A stretch of 52,277 nt of DNA. It comes from Girardia tigrina. Its lineage: Eukaryota. This document shows positions 40,501 to 49,978 of the stretch, piece after piece. Location: the NCBI GenBank assembly GCA_001938485.1, contig MQRK01246661.1, forward strand, positions 1 to 52,277, written 5' to 3'. The position numbers were made by a program, and so were the translations under genes. The notes under the pieces are model-generated. The model had not been told where the DNA came from. It saw only the letters and a list, made by a program, of their open reading frames with translations, and did no database searches. Each line of letters starts with the position of its first letter. Positions within the stretch are counted from its first letter, which is position 1.

Positions 40501-43500
40501 AATTTAAAAATTTCAGAAAAAACAATACCAAGGCAATATATAACAAATTTTCAATAACAAATAATATTGTAATTTTTAAGTAATTTTAATAATTTAAAAA
40601 GTTTCTTTTATTCTTTAATATAGTATATTAAATTCTTACTTTTTTTTAACATTTTAACGATATTTATAAACATTTTTATTCGGGATTTGAGTTTTCGGGA
40701 TTTTAGCGCACTTCCCTTCTGCTCATAGAGAAAAAAAGTATCATTGACTCAGCGTTGTGATAGACTATGAAAATAATTAATTCGCAATTCGTGACTTAAC
40801 TTCTTAATTAATTTCGTAAAAAATTTATTTAACACATATACATATGGTATGCACCTGTGTGATCTGTAAGAAATGCAAAAATATGAAATAAATAAATTTG
40901 TAATTTTAATATGACCAATAACATTTGTCTAATTATTCTAAAAAAGTTTTCTGAATTATTATCGAGAAATGCTTTTGAAGTGTAAGACATCATTAAAAAT
41001 ATTTAACATATCCCCGTTTTCTAGGGAATTCTAAGGACAAATATTTTCAAGTTTAACAACCCAATATTTTATTGTAATGTCTACTATTCTTTCATTATTA
41101 TCGTGCAGTATCTTTTACCTTATCACTAATTATAAAATAGTATTTCATTTTCTGGTAGGAATAAAATGGTTTTGTTTGCCCTGTTTTAAATGCTTGCATT
41201 GAAAGAATCTTTCTTCAACAGAAGTAAAAAGGATTTGAGATAAAATTTTGTAATTAATTTACGCTTTTAACAGTTTGCTGTCATACAAGTTATCGTAAAT
41301 AAATTTGTTTTTATATTATTTTATATTAATTTATTTTAGACCTTTTTATTTTCGTCCAATTGACCTAAAATATTATTTAACGTTTATGGATGTATAATAC
41401 TTGAAAACCAAGGATAATTAAAAATCAGTCTTTTGTGAAAATGATGGAATGGGTTGGAATATCAGAACACTTGTAGAATTTGTACGACATTTTTACATCT
41501 ATTAACTAATTTAGTAAACACTTTCTTAACAGCTTCAGTATAATGATCTATTTTAAATAGTTTCTTACAATTGTAATATATTTATTAAATAACTTCTGTA
41601 ATTTCTAAAAATTTAATTATGTTTTATCATATCATAAAAATTTAAAACCATATTAAAAATTTTTATTACATCTGAAATTATCAGAGTAAAATTTATTTTC
41701 TGACTCCATGAATATAGGAAATTAATCTTAGAAATTTAATTACAGAATTTTATTAACTTTAATGTATGAGTGGTTTAATTATTATTATTATTATTTTAAA
41801 AATTAAAAATCATTTTACCAGCACTCTCAGCTGCTTTCCATAAACCCTTTTTAATAATCATTTTCAGTTTTCTTTTTTTCTCAAAATCTCCTCCAAATAT
41901 ACTGATCACGAGAGTTGGATAAGTAAGTTCCCATTTTGATTGTAAAATATTTTGTATATTAATCTCCGGAGTTGTGTTTGAAAGGCGAGTAAACTACAAG
42001 TTAAATTTCGTGAAAAAAGGATAAATTTCATATTATTTCAAAATTCTTTAGAATAAGAATTTGTTTTAAAATCATTTTACAAAATAACATTTTTATAATG
42101 TTGTCATTTAATTAAATTTCGTAAATAATATCATAAGTTAAGGTACTCTATTGTTTAGGTACCGAATGAGTATTTTAGATTTCTGGTTTGAAGCAAGGCT
42201 CTGGTTTCCAATATTCTTTTATACATATAATGATATAACTGAAACTGTTTTACGTGTCATTGAATTTAAATTTGATACTGATCGACTTTTTTTATTGTAT
42301 TTTTATTACATTGCTTGTATTTATTTGTAAATTTATGCTAGTGTATCTTATTTGTATATTTGTATTATGCATATTTAAATTTACAAAATACCAATAGTAG
42401 TTTTGATTTAAATATATATAGTTTACTGAACATTAATTTAAAACTTTAGAAATAAATATTTATAAAAACCCCTTTTAAAAGATTTTCGTTGAACACGTTT
42501 CTATCAGCATATTTGATTGTAGTGATCCGATTATAGATACAAAGTTTTATTAAAACATCGATGATGTTAAAATAGTGTCAGTAACATCTTAAGTAAGAGA
42601 CTTCCTTACATTGAAATCGAAAACTGCCAATATTGTGAAAGGTATTCTTGTGTAAAAATTTAAATGCTATAGGTGTCAAAAGTCGTACAATGGAGAGACA
42701 AATAGTCATCTAAAAATACAAATTAGTTAGCACTCAGCGATAAAGAAAAAAACTTGTTTGTCTGTATTAAATAAATTATGAAAAACTGGAAAAAAATTCA
42801 AATAAAAAGAATGTCGTGCAAATAAAGGGAAATAAAAAATTATTGTCGCTCTTTCCTTCATTTTTTCTCATCAAATCACATAATTAAAAATGTGTAGTCC
42901 GCAAATTCAAGTTATCAAATGGTGGACTGAACCGATTCGGCCAAAATCGACGCCGCCACATTTCAACTCCCACCGACGGGGCGAGCTGGGGTCGTGTGCG
43001 GGGATCGAGCGCATCGCTTATCCTTCCAAGTGGATCCAGCGGTCACTGGAGCCTCGGCTGACCGATTGGGGGTTCATTACTCAGCAATGCACCTGCTGGA
43101 GGCCACTCAGTCCGACCGGTTACCGGCGTCCACCGAACTGGCCGATCAATTATTCCATCCTGCATCTTCCTGCACAATTAAGAAGTGCTTGCCGCCGCCA
43201 CTCGGTACGGCAGATGGCACCACATTGATCATCCCCAGAAACTTTTTATTTCAATAAATTTTAGAGTACATTTGAAAACCAAAGAAAATAGTAATTTATT
43301 ATAGTTGAATATTATTGGATAATACGTATTCTATTATGTATTTACCATTATCATAAATTATTTAATTTAACGATCTAATAGGCTGAGTGCTCACTAATTT
43401 GTATTTTTAGATGACTATTTGTCTCTCCATTGTACGACTTTTGACAACTATAGCATTTAAATTTTTACACAAGAATACCTTTCACAATATTGACAGTTTT

Positions 43501-46500
43501 CGATTTCACTGTAAGGAAGTCTCTTACTTAAGATGTTACTGACACTATTTTAACATCATCGATGTTTTAATAAAACTTTGTATCTATAACAAGTAAATCT
43601 TATAGATAAATGAATAAATTCATTTTTCTCTATATAATTATTAAAAAATATTCAGCAAAAATCAATTTAAATTTGACTTTAAAATCTTACAGAGAAGCTA
43701 TGGGTTTATTAATGTATATATAGGTATGTATATATTATATAAATAATGTAAAGAAAGAGAGAGAATAAATTATTTTAGAAGATGAATGTATTATTCTAGA
43801 AGATAAAAAAATCAGTCTAGAATAAAAATGAATTAAACTAGAAAATATTTTTTGAACGAGATCAGCAGATAAATTTTAATGTTTTAAATTCTTTTTTATA
43901 AATTTTAAATTTAAAGTTTTAATTTAAATTTAAAATTAAAAAGGTAAAACTTATGCACAAGCCTTCGTCGCATCTTTCTCTTTGTAACCTCGAAAGCTTG
44001 CACATAATTAAGTACACCCACGGTTCAACGGCTAAGGTTCAAAAGAAGAAGAAGAAGGGGAAAATTTAATTAAAAGGGTGAAATAGATTGTATTTTTAAA
44101 TATAATTTTAATCAAAATGTCATGAATTTAAAAAATTTCAAATTAATGGACCAGAAAAAAACAAATCAAAACAATAAAGAAAAAGCCAGGAACCTAGAAG
44201 ATAAAGATTCATATTATTCAAATGATGTTTCCAGTGAAAAAGAATTCATCGAAATCTCAAATAAGCCAAAAATATTGTAGCAAATAGATAACAATAGATC
44301 AAGATCCAATAAAAGGCGTACGAAAAGATACAAACATTTAGTTATAAAGATGATGCTACAGACTATGCCATGCAAAACAATTTATGGGTGAAATCAGATC
44401 TACGGGACTGTCCAATTGTAGAAATGAAGCGATTCTACAAATGTAAATTCAAAGCTGCTTGTTGATACCCTGTCAAAATGTTCATGATTTATCACCACAA
44501 CAAAGCAAACGTGTAAGTATTATTAGATGTTTTTGGAACATCGTTGAAATTATTACTATGAGTTATTTCAGACATCAAAACTTTTATTATACAAAACAAA
44601 AAATGTTATATCTCATATTTAAACAAACTTATTATTTTTTTGAGATACAATTTGTTTTATAAATCTTAAATCGATATAAATAAAAATACTTATAAATATT
44701 CATATTTGATTTTTTTATTAATTTTATAAATTAATTTTAAATTATGATTTTTATAACATTTAAAATATTTAATCGTTTCGTTTAATTTTATTAATTTTTT
44801 AAAAATCATTCCAAGTATAAAAATTATGCATTAATATTTCGAAAGAGTGGACGACAATACATTAATGTTGGTATGAAGGATTTGAGCTAGATTACCAAAA
44901 CCTAATAATGGTTTAGAATCAACTAATTATGTGATAAAGAAAGATGGAACAACATGCAAGCGTTTATCATTAGCCAGCTATCTGGAATTAGTTCAGTCTA
45001 AAATTGTAGAGATTGATCAATCAATAGGAAAAGCAAATTAGCCTCATCTTGTTTGAAGAGGTGCAAACAATTAGCCACGAACTGTGGCTTAAAATAGATA
45101 TCACCATAAAACGAGGCGAGTGTGAGGCTGGACTTGACACGCGGACGAACACCTGAAACCGCGTTTTCTCTGACAAAATGGATGGACAAGACCGGCTCCG
45201 GTAAAAATTAAATTACCGGATTTAGATGGCGCATCATCAAGCAGAATCGGGCCGCCATCTAGCCCACGTGCGATGCAGTTTGAATCGTCGCGGTCGTTAA
45301 CTAATGCACTGCGAGTCGAGCAGTGATGCGCTCGATCGTGCTCGATAAGTTGGCAAAACGTGCAGAATTTTACGTTCGCTCTGATGTTGCGAGAATAGAT
45401 TTTGAGATTCTTCGTCACCGCTAATTCCCCAAAATACGCGTACTCATTGGAGTTTAAATAAAACTCCAATGGAACTGGTGGCGGTTGAGAAATAACCGCT
45501 TTGAAATAATTCGGTAAGACATCTCGTGCTTATTGATTTTTATCGATAATTCGTTTTAATTTCACTGGGAACGTGAGTGAGTTCGATTCAGATACATTCA
45601 TTCGCAAGATAAATTATATTCAAATTCGAGTATAATTCAAACAACTAAAAAATTATTTTTGTTAAATTATTTAAACACAATTTGATAATTATAAATAGTT
45701 TTTCTCTAAGTATTTTTTATTTTTTTTAGAAACATTATTTGAAATTTCAACACCGCGTGCACAAGAAAATATACACATATATTTTTATTTTGATGAAAAA
45801 AATTTAAACTGTGATTTACTAAATCACTACACACCACTCCAGGAGAAATGACAGCAGTGATGTCAAAAAATAAAGAGAAGGTTCATTACATGGCGTCAGG
45901 TTGAAAAATTGCTACAAATTTCAAGGACAAGCAGTTGAGTTTCTGCGAGCTATGCCTAATGGAAGATAAGAACGATTGGACTTTTAGCACATGCAACTGC
46001 AGAGAATTCCAAAAAAATTTGGTCTGTAAACATTTATTACTGCTTGCCTGTCGTTATTAGTATACTTCAATAACACTTAGAGCGCAAAATATCACATTGT
46101 GTCCAAAACAGAAGCGTTATCACCATGTAGAAATCAAAATTGCTTTGGAAACAAGCCGGTTCCAATGCCTAAGAAGTACAAAGTAAATGAAGTGTTCCCA
46201 AATAATAATTCTAAAAAATCTTAAACGGATAAAACTTGTTAAAAAATTTAATTTATTAAAACACGTTATCTTTTTTTTCACGTTATTTGTGTGAAAAAAA
46301 TATGGGATGACAACTCTAACTCTGTGAATAAAATAATAAACAAGCAGGCACTGAAAGAACTTCATAAATTTTGTGCTAAAAATGTATCTTTTCTTTTCAA
46401 TGATTCATGAAATTCAACATTGAAGAAGACGGGGTCGCAATGGGTTCACCATTAGCACCAACTTTGGCATCAATTTTTAAGAAGTCGCTTAAGGATAAAA

Positions 46501-49500
46501 TGAATACATACCCTAGTAAAAAACCTGTATTGTATAAGATATATGTAGATGATGTCTTTTTGGTTTTCAGAAATCAATACCTCAAAGAACCATTCCTAAC
46601 ATTCATGAATGATCTTCATCCTAATATTAAATTTACCACAGAATTGAAAGTAGATAATTAACTTCCCTTTCTGGAAATTCTATTCACTAGGATAAATGGA
46701 GGCTATAAAACTGAATTATTCAGAAAGGCGAAAGGTCTTTACACAATATCACGGAGTTTTAATGAGGAAAAAAAGAGAGGGTATGATTAAAGGCCTCGTT
46801 CACAGTGTTTGGAATTTGTCGACCAATTTTGAAATTGCAAATCAGGGTTTAAAAATTCTTAGAGGGCACTTGAGGGACAATATGTATACAAACAAGCAAA
46901 TGGAACAAAACATTAGGGTAACATTAGACAGATATACGAGTTAAGAAACAATTAAAAGAAGAAAATACTGAAGAATTCAAACAAATAATTAAAATACCAT
47001 ATTCTGAAGGATTTAGATTTTTTAAGAAGATTATTTGGAGAACAATAAGTAGTGCCAAAGTAGTCTCTGTCATATCCAAAGTTCAAAGTTTCTTCTCAAA
47101 TAAATCGAAAACAGTTTGTGTTTTGCAAGCTAATCTGGTGTATAAATATAATTGTTACATGTGTCAAAACTCGTACATCGGAGAGACAAATCGTAATCTC
47201 AAAACCCGGATTAATGAGCATTCAAAAATGAGTCGATCAAGTAAGATTCTTGATCATTGGTTATCTTGTAAGGATAGAACCTCATCCATTTCAAAAGATT
47301 TCTCGCATTTGCGAGAATAGAATTGATAACATGTTATATATGTTTGCTTAATTTTTGAGAAAAATGAAATAAAAAATTTTATTCAAATTATTTATTGGTT
47401 AAATTATTTTTTTGACGTTATAATCTATGAGTTTAATGCATGTTGTGACATGATGATGGGATTATTATCTCGAAACGAGTTGTCCTCTTTTTATCCCTTG
47501 TACATATGTTTGTGTAAAGATTTTACTTTGCGAAGTCTATATATAGAAAACTAAAACATATTTTGATAAAAAATTTTCAAAAAATTTCCTTTCATGTCGT
47601 AATATTTTTAAAAGACTAACCATTGGTGGATCTAGGGAACAAGGCTTGAAAGGGGTAATTTTTTGATAAATAAAATTACTAAAATTATATAAAAAAACCA
47701 CATTCCTGTCATGAATACTTATCGTTATCCTCGGATAACAGGCGAATACTCTGAGTTAGAGTTGCTCATGAAAGTGCATTCTTCACCCCTTCTCTGTCTA
47801 CCATTCTACTGTTGCAACGATTACAGATATACACTCACATACCTTTAAACAATTTATCCAAATATAAAGATATCTTAATAAAAAAATTAATTAATATTCT
47901 TTGGCAGTTTTGTAAATTTAAACAACATTAATTCGCAAAACAAAATAATTTCTAAATAGTTTGACTAGGTCGCAAATTCTAAAGAATAATTATGATTATT
48001 AAACAAATTAAGAAAAATGCATATTTTAAAGAAATATAAATACTTACCTTAAGGCAATATCATATTTGTAACCATTCAATACAAATGTCCAACAACTTGT
48101 ATACAAAACAATTAGTATTCTTTTATCCCCATGTAATATCCATACATTAAACTTTTAAAATTGAGTTAGGTCCTTTATGCGGTACTTACCTCTTTTTGAG
48201 TTTTAGTTTTTTTTTCTTTTTTTCTTTTAATAGCCTTTAAAAACTAAGGCAGTAAAAGAGAAAAGGTTTGCTCCATCATTAACCTTCTAATCAAAATTCT
48301 TACATTACTTTATTAATTTATGCTACACTTTATGAGATTAAATTGTCTGTAGTTCGACAACATTTGAATATAGACATGTGGTCAATAGAGAAAAAAGTTC
48401 TCAGAATGAAGTCTATTTTTGAAAAAGGCAAAAATATGTAGGCATTCTTATTCAAAAAAATGTTACTTTTTGGTACACCGTTTATATGGAAATATACCTT
48501 CGTGTAAAAGAACATTTAATTTTCCACAACTTTTGTATAATAGTTTTTTTCTATAAACTCTTTAACCATCTCTATAATTTTTGATCACCCTGTATAAAAA
48601 TAGGTTATTTCTAAACAGCATTTATTAAGTACTTTCTAAAAATAAAATAAATTATTGCGTTCCATTTCAAAAAACTACATTCTTGGCCTTAACATTTCTT
48701 CTACCCAGTAAATTTCTACCAAAAAATTTGGTAATGTCATTGTTACATTTTTAGGCTGCATGCCAAATTTTATTGTTCTATGATAAATAATTTTTGAGAT
48801 AATTGTCACATAGACAGAAAGACATTTTTTAAAAACGAATGTTTTAAATTGTGCAGACCTGAAAAAGTGAAATTTTTGAAAATTGAAAAAGAGAAGTAAA
48901 AACAGCAGACTTTTTAGCGATAATATCAAACGAAAAATTTTGTGCACTATTTGTAAAACAGCGACATATGAGTTGCATAAAAAAAGACTGGCTCCAGATA
49001 TAAAAGAAAGAGATAATTCTATGGTAACTAGTAGGGATGTATTAATTAATGTATTACTTTAATGCTGTTATCGAATCGGTATAAATCAGAAATAGCATAA
49101 AAATATTAACTATAAAATTCATAGATTAACTTTAAATTTAAGTGAGACGTTGTAGAACCCCAATATATAAATGAGCATAGAACAGTGTAACGGAATTTCG
49201 AGCTGTTACTTAAGTAAGACTAAACGTTTGGTATGATATCGTGGTGTATTTTCTAATGTTTCGAAACAAAATAAGTTCTGTAGAATATGGCCTTATAGTT
49301 CATTGAGAAAGTTATAATTAAACTACGAAACTTTGGGAACAAATAACATTTCAGTTTTCTTTGACGAACCCCTCAATCCAGCAATAATGTTCTATGTTTA
49401 AATTTCAGATTTCAGAAGGGTAATTTGAATGCACAAATAAGAATTTTAATTCAGAAAAGATGGATTCGAATGCAAAACCTTGTATTATATAAACACACAA

Positions 49501-49978
49501 CAAAAAGTGTTTATAAATCATCAAAATCTCCGTCAGGCAAATGATCAAATGAGTTCTACCGAGCTTGAGCTTCGTGTTTCATTGCGTATAACTCACGTAG
49601 GTTTAGAGGCAAGGGAAGATTCAAGGGGGTAATTATCCCCTTTACTCCCCTGTATCCGCTCTTGGGACTAACAAACTTTAGAATTATAATATTTATTTTT
49701 ATACACACAAAAATATTATTATTCTACATACATTAAATATGAACTTTTAATAAAAACAAATTGCATACCTTAGCACTTTGATTTAGGCCAGTAAATTCAA
49801 TTTCACCAAACGTATTTGTTGGAAGGGTGTACGTTCGACGAATTTTATCAGGATCAAAATTGTTTGATAAATGCCCTCGGCTTTGTTCCAATATTTGGGC
49901 AATCCCATCTAATTCATTGTGACCTGCAGTACTATTTCGAGTTGAACCACGTTTTTTTGAAGGATTAAGATTTAGCAT
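9042..49978 (-). CDS. TRPM: TRPM-family cation channel, N-terminal half (SLOG/MHR1-3), 10 spliced coding exons; gene likely continues left of 9042
   Basis: Hand-spliced exons 49769-49978, 41819-41993, 33508-33674, 32004-32342, 31854-31960, 26322-26500, 14271-14386, 12378-12527, 11151-11204 and 9042-9201. All introns are GT-AG with matching phases. TRPM motifs: FGEIEF, PTLVISIFGG, WIVTEG..GIMKLAGEAVRD, AIGVAPW, LDTNHSHFLL, GSSGAAD, NRADIA, ALMSDRHEFVKLFLE, FLT...LEKLY. Confidence 0.93.
10020..10456. mobile_element. MITE (Tc1/mariner-pogo type) with TA ends; contains an N gap
   Basis: TIR TAACGGATAACAT(G/C)AAATAG. Motif CACCTACTATT repeated about six times forward and twice reversed. Confidence 0.8.
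11151..11204 (-). CDS. TRPM: TRPM small exon 9 (NSRIEIFQRLWDNYKTSR)
   Basis: ttttcag| acceptor and |gtaaga donor, 54 nt, symmetric phase 0. Lies in a variable loop. Confidence 0.7.
11830..12167 (+). repeat. Dispersed repeat, diverged direct copy at ~22095-22416
   Basis: Shared TCTGAG.AAATGGAGA and ACACAAAACATCAAACATTCCAAATAT. Confidence 0.7.
12378..12527 (-). CDS. TRPM: TRPM exon 8 (KGDLNEYMFNALMSDRHEFVKLFLEQG...FLTVYVLEKLY)
   Basis: 150 nt, phase 0 to 0. MHR3 motif AL..DR.EFV.LFLE.G. Confidence 0.92.
13061..13984. other. Assembly gap with nearby (AT)n microsatellites
   Basis: Run of N. (AT)n at ~12945-12976 and 13985-14021. TA-CAGGGT at ~12975 may be a Tc1/mariner end. Confidence 0.95.
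14271..14386 (-). CDS. TRPM: TRPM exon 7 (EQLEITLTLNRADIAKEKIFLENKKWK)
   Basis: Strong polypyrimidine-cag acceptor, 116 nt, phase 1 to 0. QL...L..NR.DIA..IF motif. Confidence 0.92.
14990..15700 (-). mobile_element. Decayed hAT (Charlie/SPIN, GTF2IRD2-like) transposase
   Basis: Fragments DETSDNIDTAKLVLFIKDID..NITEEL, LSHR.F..CLSELKSKYG..LY, and QTINRR. Many stops. Confidence 0.7.
16940..17053 (+). pseudogene. HSP90: Degenerate Hsp90 N-terminal ATPase fragment
   Basis: GAKIIMIGLVAVGFYSSYLNNFDVQKISKDNNDEWYPW versus Hsp90 consensus [32 protein letters not shown].W. Confidence 0.8.
17140..18420 (+). mobile_element. pol: Decayed Ty3/Gypsy pol (RT, RNase H, integrase)
   Basis: AYHQIKLEEES, YCFKRM, VYLDDI, FMLYSDAG, YILAIIDQFSKY, SSYHP..NGIVER. 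Frameshifted. Confidence 0.85.
19810..21433 (-). mobile_element. Mariner (DD34D) transposon, near-intact, one premature stop
   Basis: TIR TTAGGTTGAGGAATAAGTTCCCGCCGTTTTTTGAA plus TA at the right end; the inner TIR part is visible at 19810 next to a gap. Transposase 21259 to 19865 has HTH with RSGRP, IVTGDEKW, HDNARPH and YSPNFAPSDFHLF. TAA after HVHK. Confidence 0.95.
22831..24331 (-). mobile_element. Decayed pogo/Tigger-like DNA transposon
   Basis: TIR TACTTCC(G/A)GTT(G/A)TTACAAA, subterminal TAACCG repeats, transposase remnant KNAWENFKTEKINNCFKR. Confidence 0.7.
25290..25626 (-). mobile_element. Penelope-like RT fragment
   Basis: YKRYVDDVSLIF; LHQNISLTVETEKNGLLTFLDLLI...IYRK. Confidence 0.82.
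25627..26081. mobile_element. hAT-type MITE truncating the Penelope fragment
   Basis: Ends TAGGGTGG... and ...TGGTCACCCTA, with subterminal TCCGG/GGACA motifs. No clear TSD. Confidence 0.55.
26322..26500 (-). CDS. TRPM: TRPM exon 6 (LETIIREC...LVSVFDMEEDWDLDGYIISSLLS)
   Basis: 179 nt, phase 2 to 1. VFD...DLD..I..LL motif. Confidence 0.88.
27130..27545 (+). mobile_element. Decayed Tc1/mariner-superfamily 3' end
   Basis: SADLNVMDYSIWG (SPDLN-type third catalytic D). Ends ...TGATCACTCTG-TA. Confidence 0.7.
27821..28406 (+). repeat. 5' LTR (~586 bp)
   Basis: TGTAA...TTACA termini. The 3' end is confirmed by the second copy at 1-115; the 5' end is inferred. Confidence 0.75.
28407..28417 (+). 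promoter_or_regulatory. Non-canonical PBS AGCTATCCGGG, complementary to nt 2-12 of tRNA-Lys(UUU)
   Basis: Abuts the LTR end. Reverse complement CCCGGATAGCT; metazoan tRNA-Lys(UUU) begins GCCCGGAUAGCU. Confidence 0.75.
31524..31690 (+). mobile_element. Integrase fragment of another family of the same atypical lineage
   Basis: LDVSEN*QRLSIDVTKFHNDKYITVVDTGSLRMAI aligns with LSINENWTILAADVTKYNEQKFLSVIN*GPSRFAI at ~31215-31320. Confidence 0.75.
31854..31960 (-). CDS. TRPM: TRPM exon 5 (GSSGAADIISLSL...)
   Basis: Follows a 43-nt intron (31961-32003). 107 nt, phase 0 to 2. GS.GAAD motif. Confidence 0.9.
32004..32342 (-). CDS. TRPM: TRPM exon 4 (GTYPAIY...LDTNHSHFLLFD...VPICGLVVGG...PVVLCQ)
   Basis: 339 nt open frame, phase 0 to 0. 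LD.NHSHFLL signature. Confidence 0.93.
33008..33454 (+). repeat. Tandem duplication, period 234 bp
   Basis: 33008-33220 repeated at 33242-33454 with few mismatches. Confidence 0.9.
33508..33674 (-). CDS. TRPM: TRPM exon 3 (GCWIVTEGLNMGIMKLAGEAVRDY...AIGVAPW...LYQ)
   Basis: aag| acceptor, |gtaaaa donor, 167 nt, phase 1 to 0. Confidence 0.93.
34056..34878. mobile_element. Foldback/Mutator-type element with modular TIRs
   Basis: ~16-bp unit GGAAATTTATACGAA tandemly repeated at ~34063-34200 and inverted at ~34710-34872. Central (AT)n and gap. Confidence 0.8.
34940..35160. mobile_element. Small Tigger-like MITE
   Basis: Imperfect TIR TACTGAGATTTTCCGAAAA / TTTTCGGAAAACTCCGGCA, with repeated AAGCGCA-like motifs. 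Confidence 0.5.
36416..36458 (-). ncRNA. Minimal type I hammerhead ribozyme
   Basis: GAGAC-CTGACGA-T-GACGG-TTATA-CCATC-GAAA-TTAAT-T-GTCTT: stem I, intact core, stem II, palindromic minimal stem III. Just 3' of a Penelope ORF. Confidence 0.8.
36500..36890 (-). mobile_element. Penelope-like GIY-YIG endonuclease fragment nested in the MULE
   Basis: LYKFTCNGCNATYIGET, frameshift, HLCKIIQEH...IAEH...EGLYIRSLDPKINVQ. Confidence 0.85.
37875..38307 (+). mobile_element. LTR (174 bp) + non-canonical PBS + gag start; second family of the atypical lineage
   Basis: LTR TGTAAA...TTTACA at 37875-38048. ATG at 38062. KFDG..W..F gag start homologous to the 28422 gag. Confidence 0.82.
38049..38060 (+). promoter_or_regulatory. 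Non-canonical PBS AGCTATCGTGGC, complementary to a tRNA 5' end (Phe-like)
   Basis: Reverse complement GCCACGATAGCT fits a 7-nt acceptor strand followed by U8-A9-G10-C11-U12. Confidence 0.7.
38678..39769 (+). mobile_element. Ty3/Gypsy integrase C-terminus, PPT and 3' LTR
   Basis: TSVYHPQANGAIEWFHRT, SPAQILYG, PYTGP (GPY/F). PPT GGGGGAG at ~39570, then TG at 39578. Confidence 0.88.
40080..40717 (+). mobile_element. Decayed Mutator transposase 3' part and TIR
   Basis: DWFQRNYI, PPLF..AWSI, RT.NVLEA. Ends in TTCGGGATTT repeats followed by CACTTCCC. Confidence 0.65.
41819..41993 (-). CDS. TRPM: TRPM exon 2 (FTRLSNTTPE...WELTYPTLVISIFGGDF...KGLWKAAESA)
   Basis: tag| acceptor, |gtaaaa donor, 175 nt, phase 0 to 1. 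SLOG motifs. Confidence 0.92.
42531..43589. repeat. 208-bp near-perfect inverted repeat (42531-42738 / 43382-43589) made of Penelope GIY-YIG sequence
   Basis: Arms differ at about 4 positions by eye. The arm translates as LV*KFKCYRCQKSYNGETNSHLKIQIS. Confidence 0.9.
42891..43224. mobile_element. Probable solo LTR (GC-rich)
   Basis: Sharp GC-rich block with TGTG...CACA termini. No TSD found. Confidence 0.5.
44147..46120 (+). mobile_element. Decayed Mutator (MULE-SWIM) transposase interrupted by inserts
   Basis: WYEG...NNGLESTNYVIKK at ~44870-44940. SWIM finger CNCREFQKNLVCKHL at ~45990-46035. Confidence 0.78.
45314..45511 (-). pseudogene. Fragment of a ZDHHC2/15/20-type palmitoyltransferase
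   Basis: NYFKAVISQPPPVPLEFYL...KNLKIYSRN...VKFCTFCQLIEHDRAHHCST matches the family pattern Y.K....P...EF.L...LPIYTR...RYC..CQLIKPDR.HHCS. Truncated before DHHC. Confidence 0.8.
46380..47530 (+). mobile_element. Penelope-like element (RT + GIY-YIG), 5'-truncated, decayed
   Basis: GVAMGSPLAPTLA, YVDD, LHPNIKFTTE, NLVYKYNCYMCQNSYIGETNRNLKTRINEH. Confidence 0.92.
47447..47484 (+). ncRNA. Degenerate minimal hammerhead ribozyme
   Basis: GAC-aTGATGA-T-GGGAT-TATT-ATCTC-GAAA-CGAGT-T-GTC. Core C3 mutated to A. Lies in the Penelope 3' region. Confidence 0.65.
47621..49664 (-). mobile_element. Old hAT (Tip100-like) element
   Basis: Imperfect TIRs CATTGGTGGATCTAGG / CAAGAGCGGATACAGG. 8-bp TSD AGACTAAC/GGACTAAC. 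Confidence 0.72.
49769..49978 (-). CDS. TRPM: TRPM coding exon 1 (MLNLNPSKK...TNTFGEIEFTGLNQSAK)
   Basis: ATG at 49978, with an in-frame stop upstream at 50012-50014. Donor AAG|gtatgc, phase 0. T.TFGEIEF is the typical MHR1 start. The true start is uncertain; there is an alternative acceptor at 49981. Confidence 0.8.
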
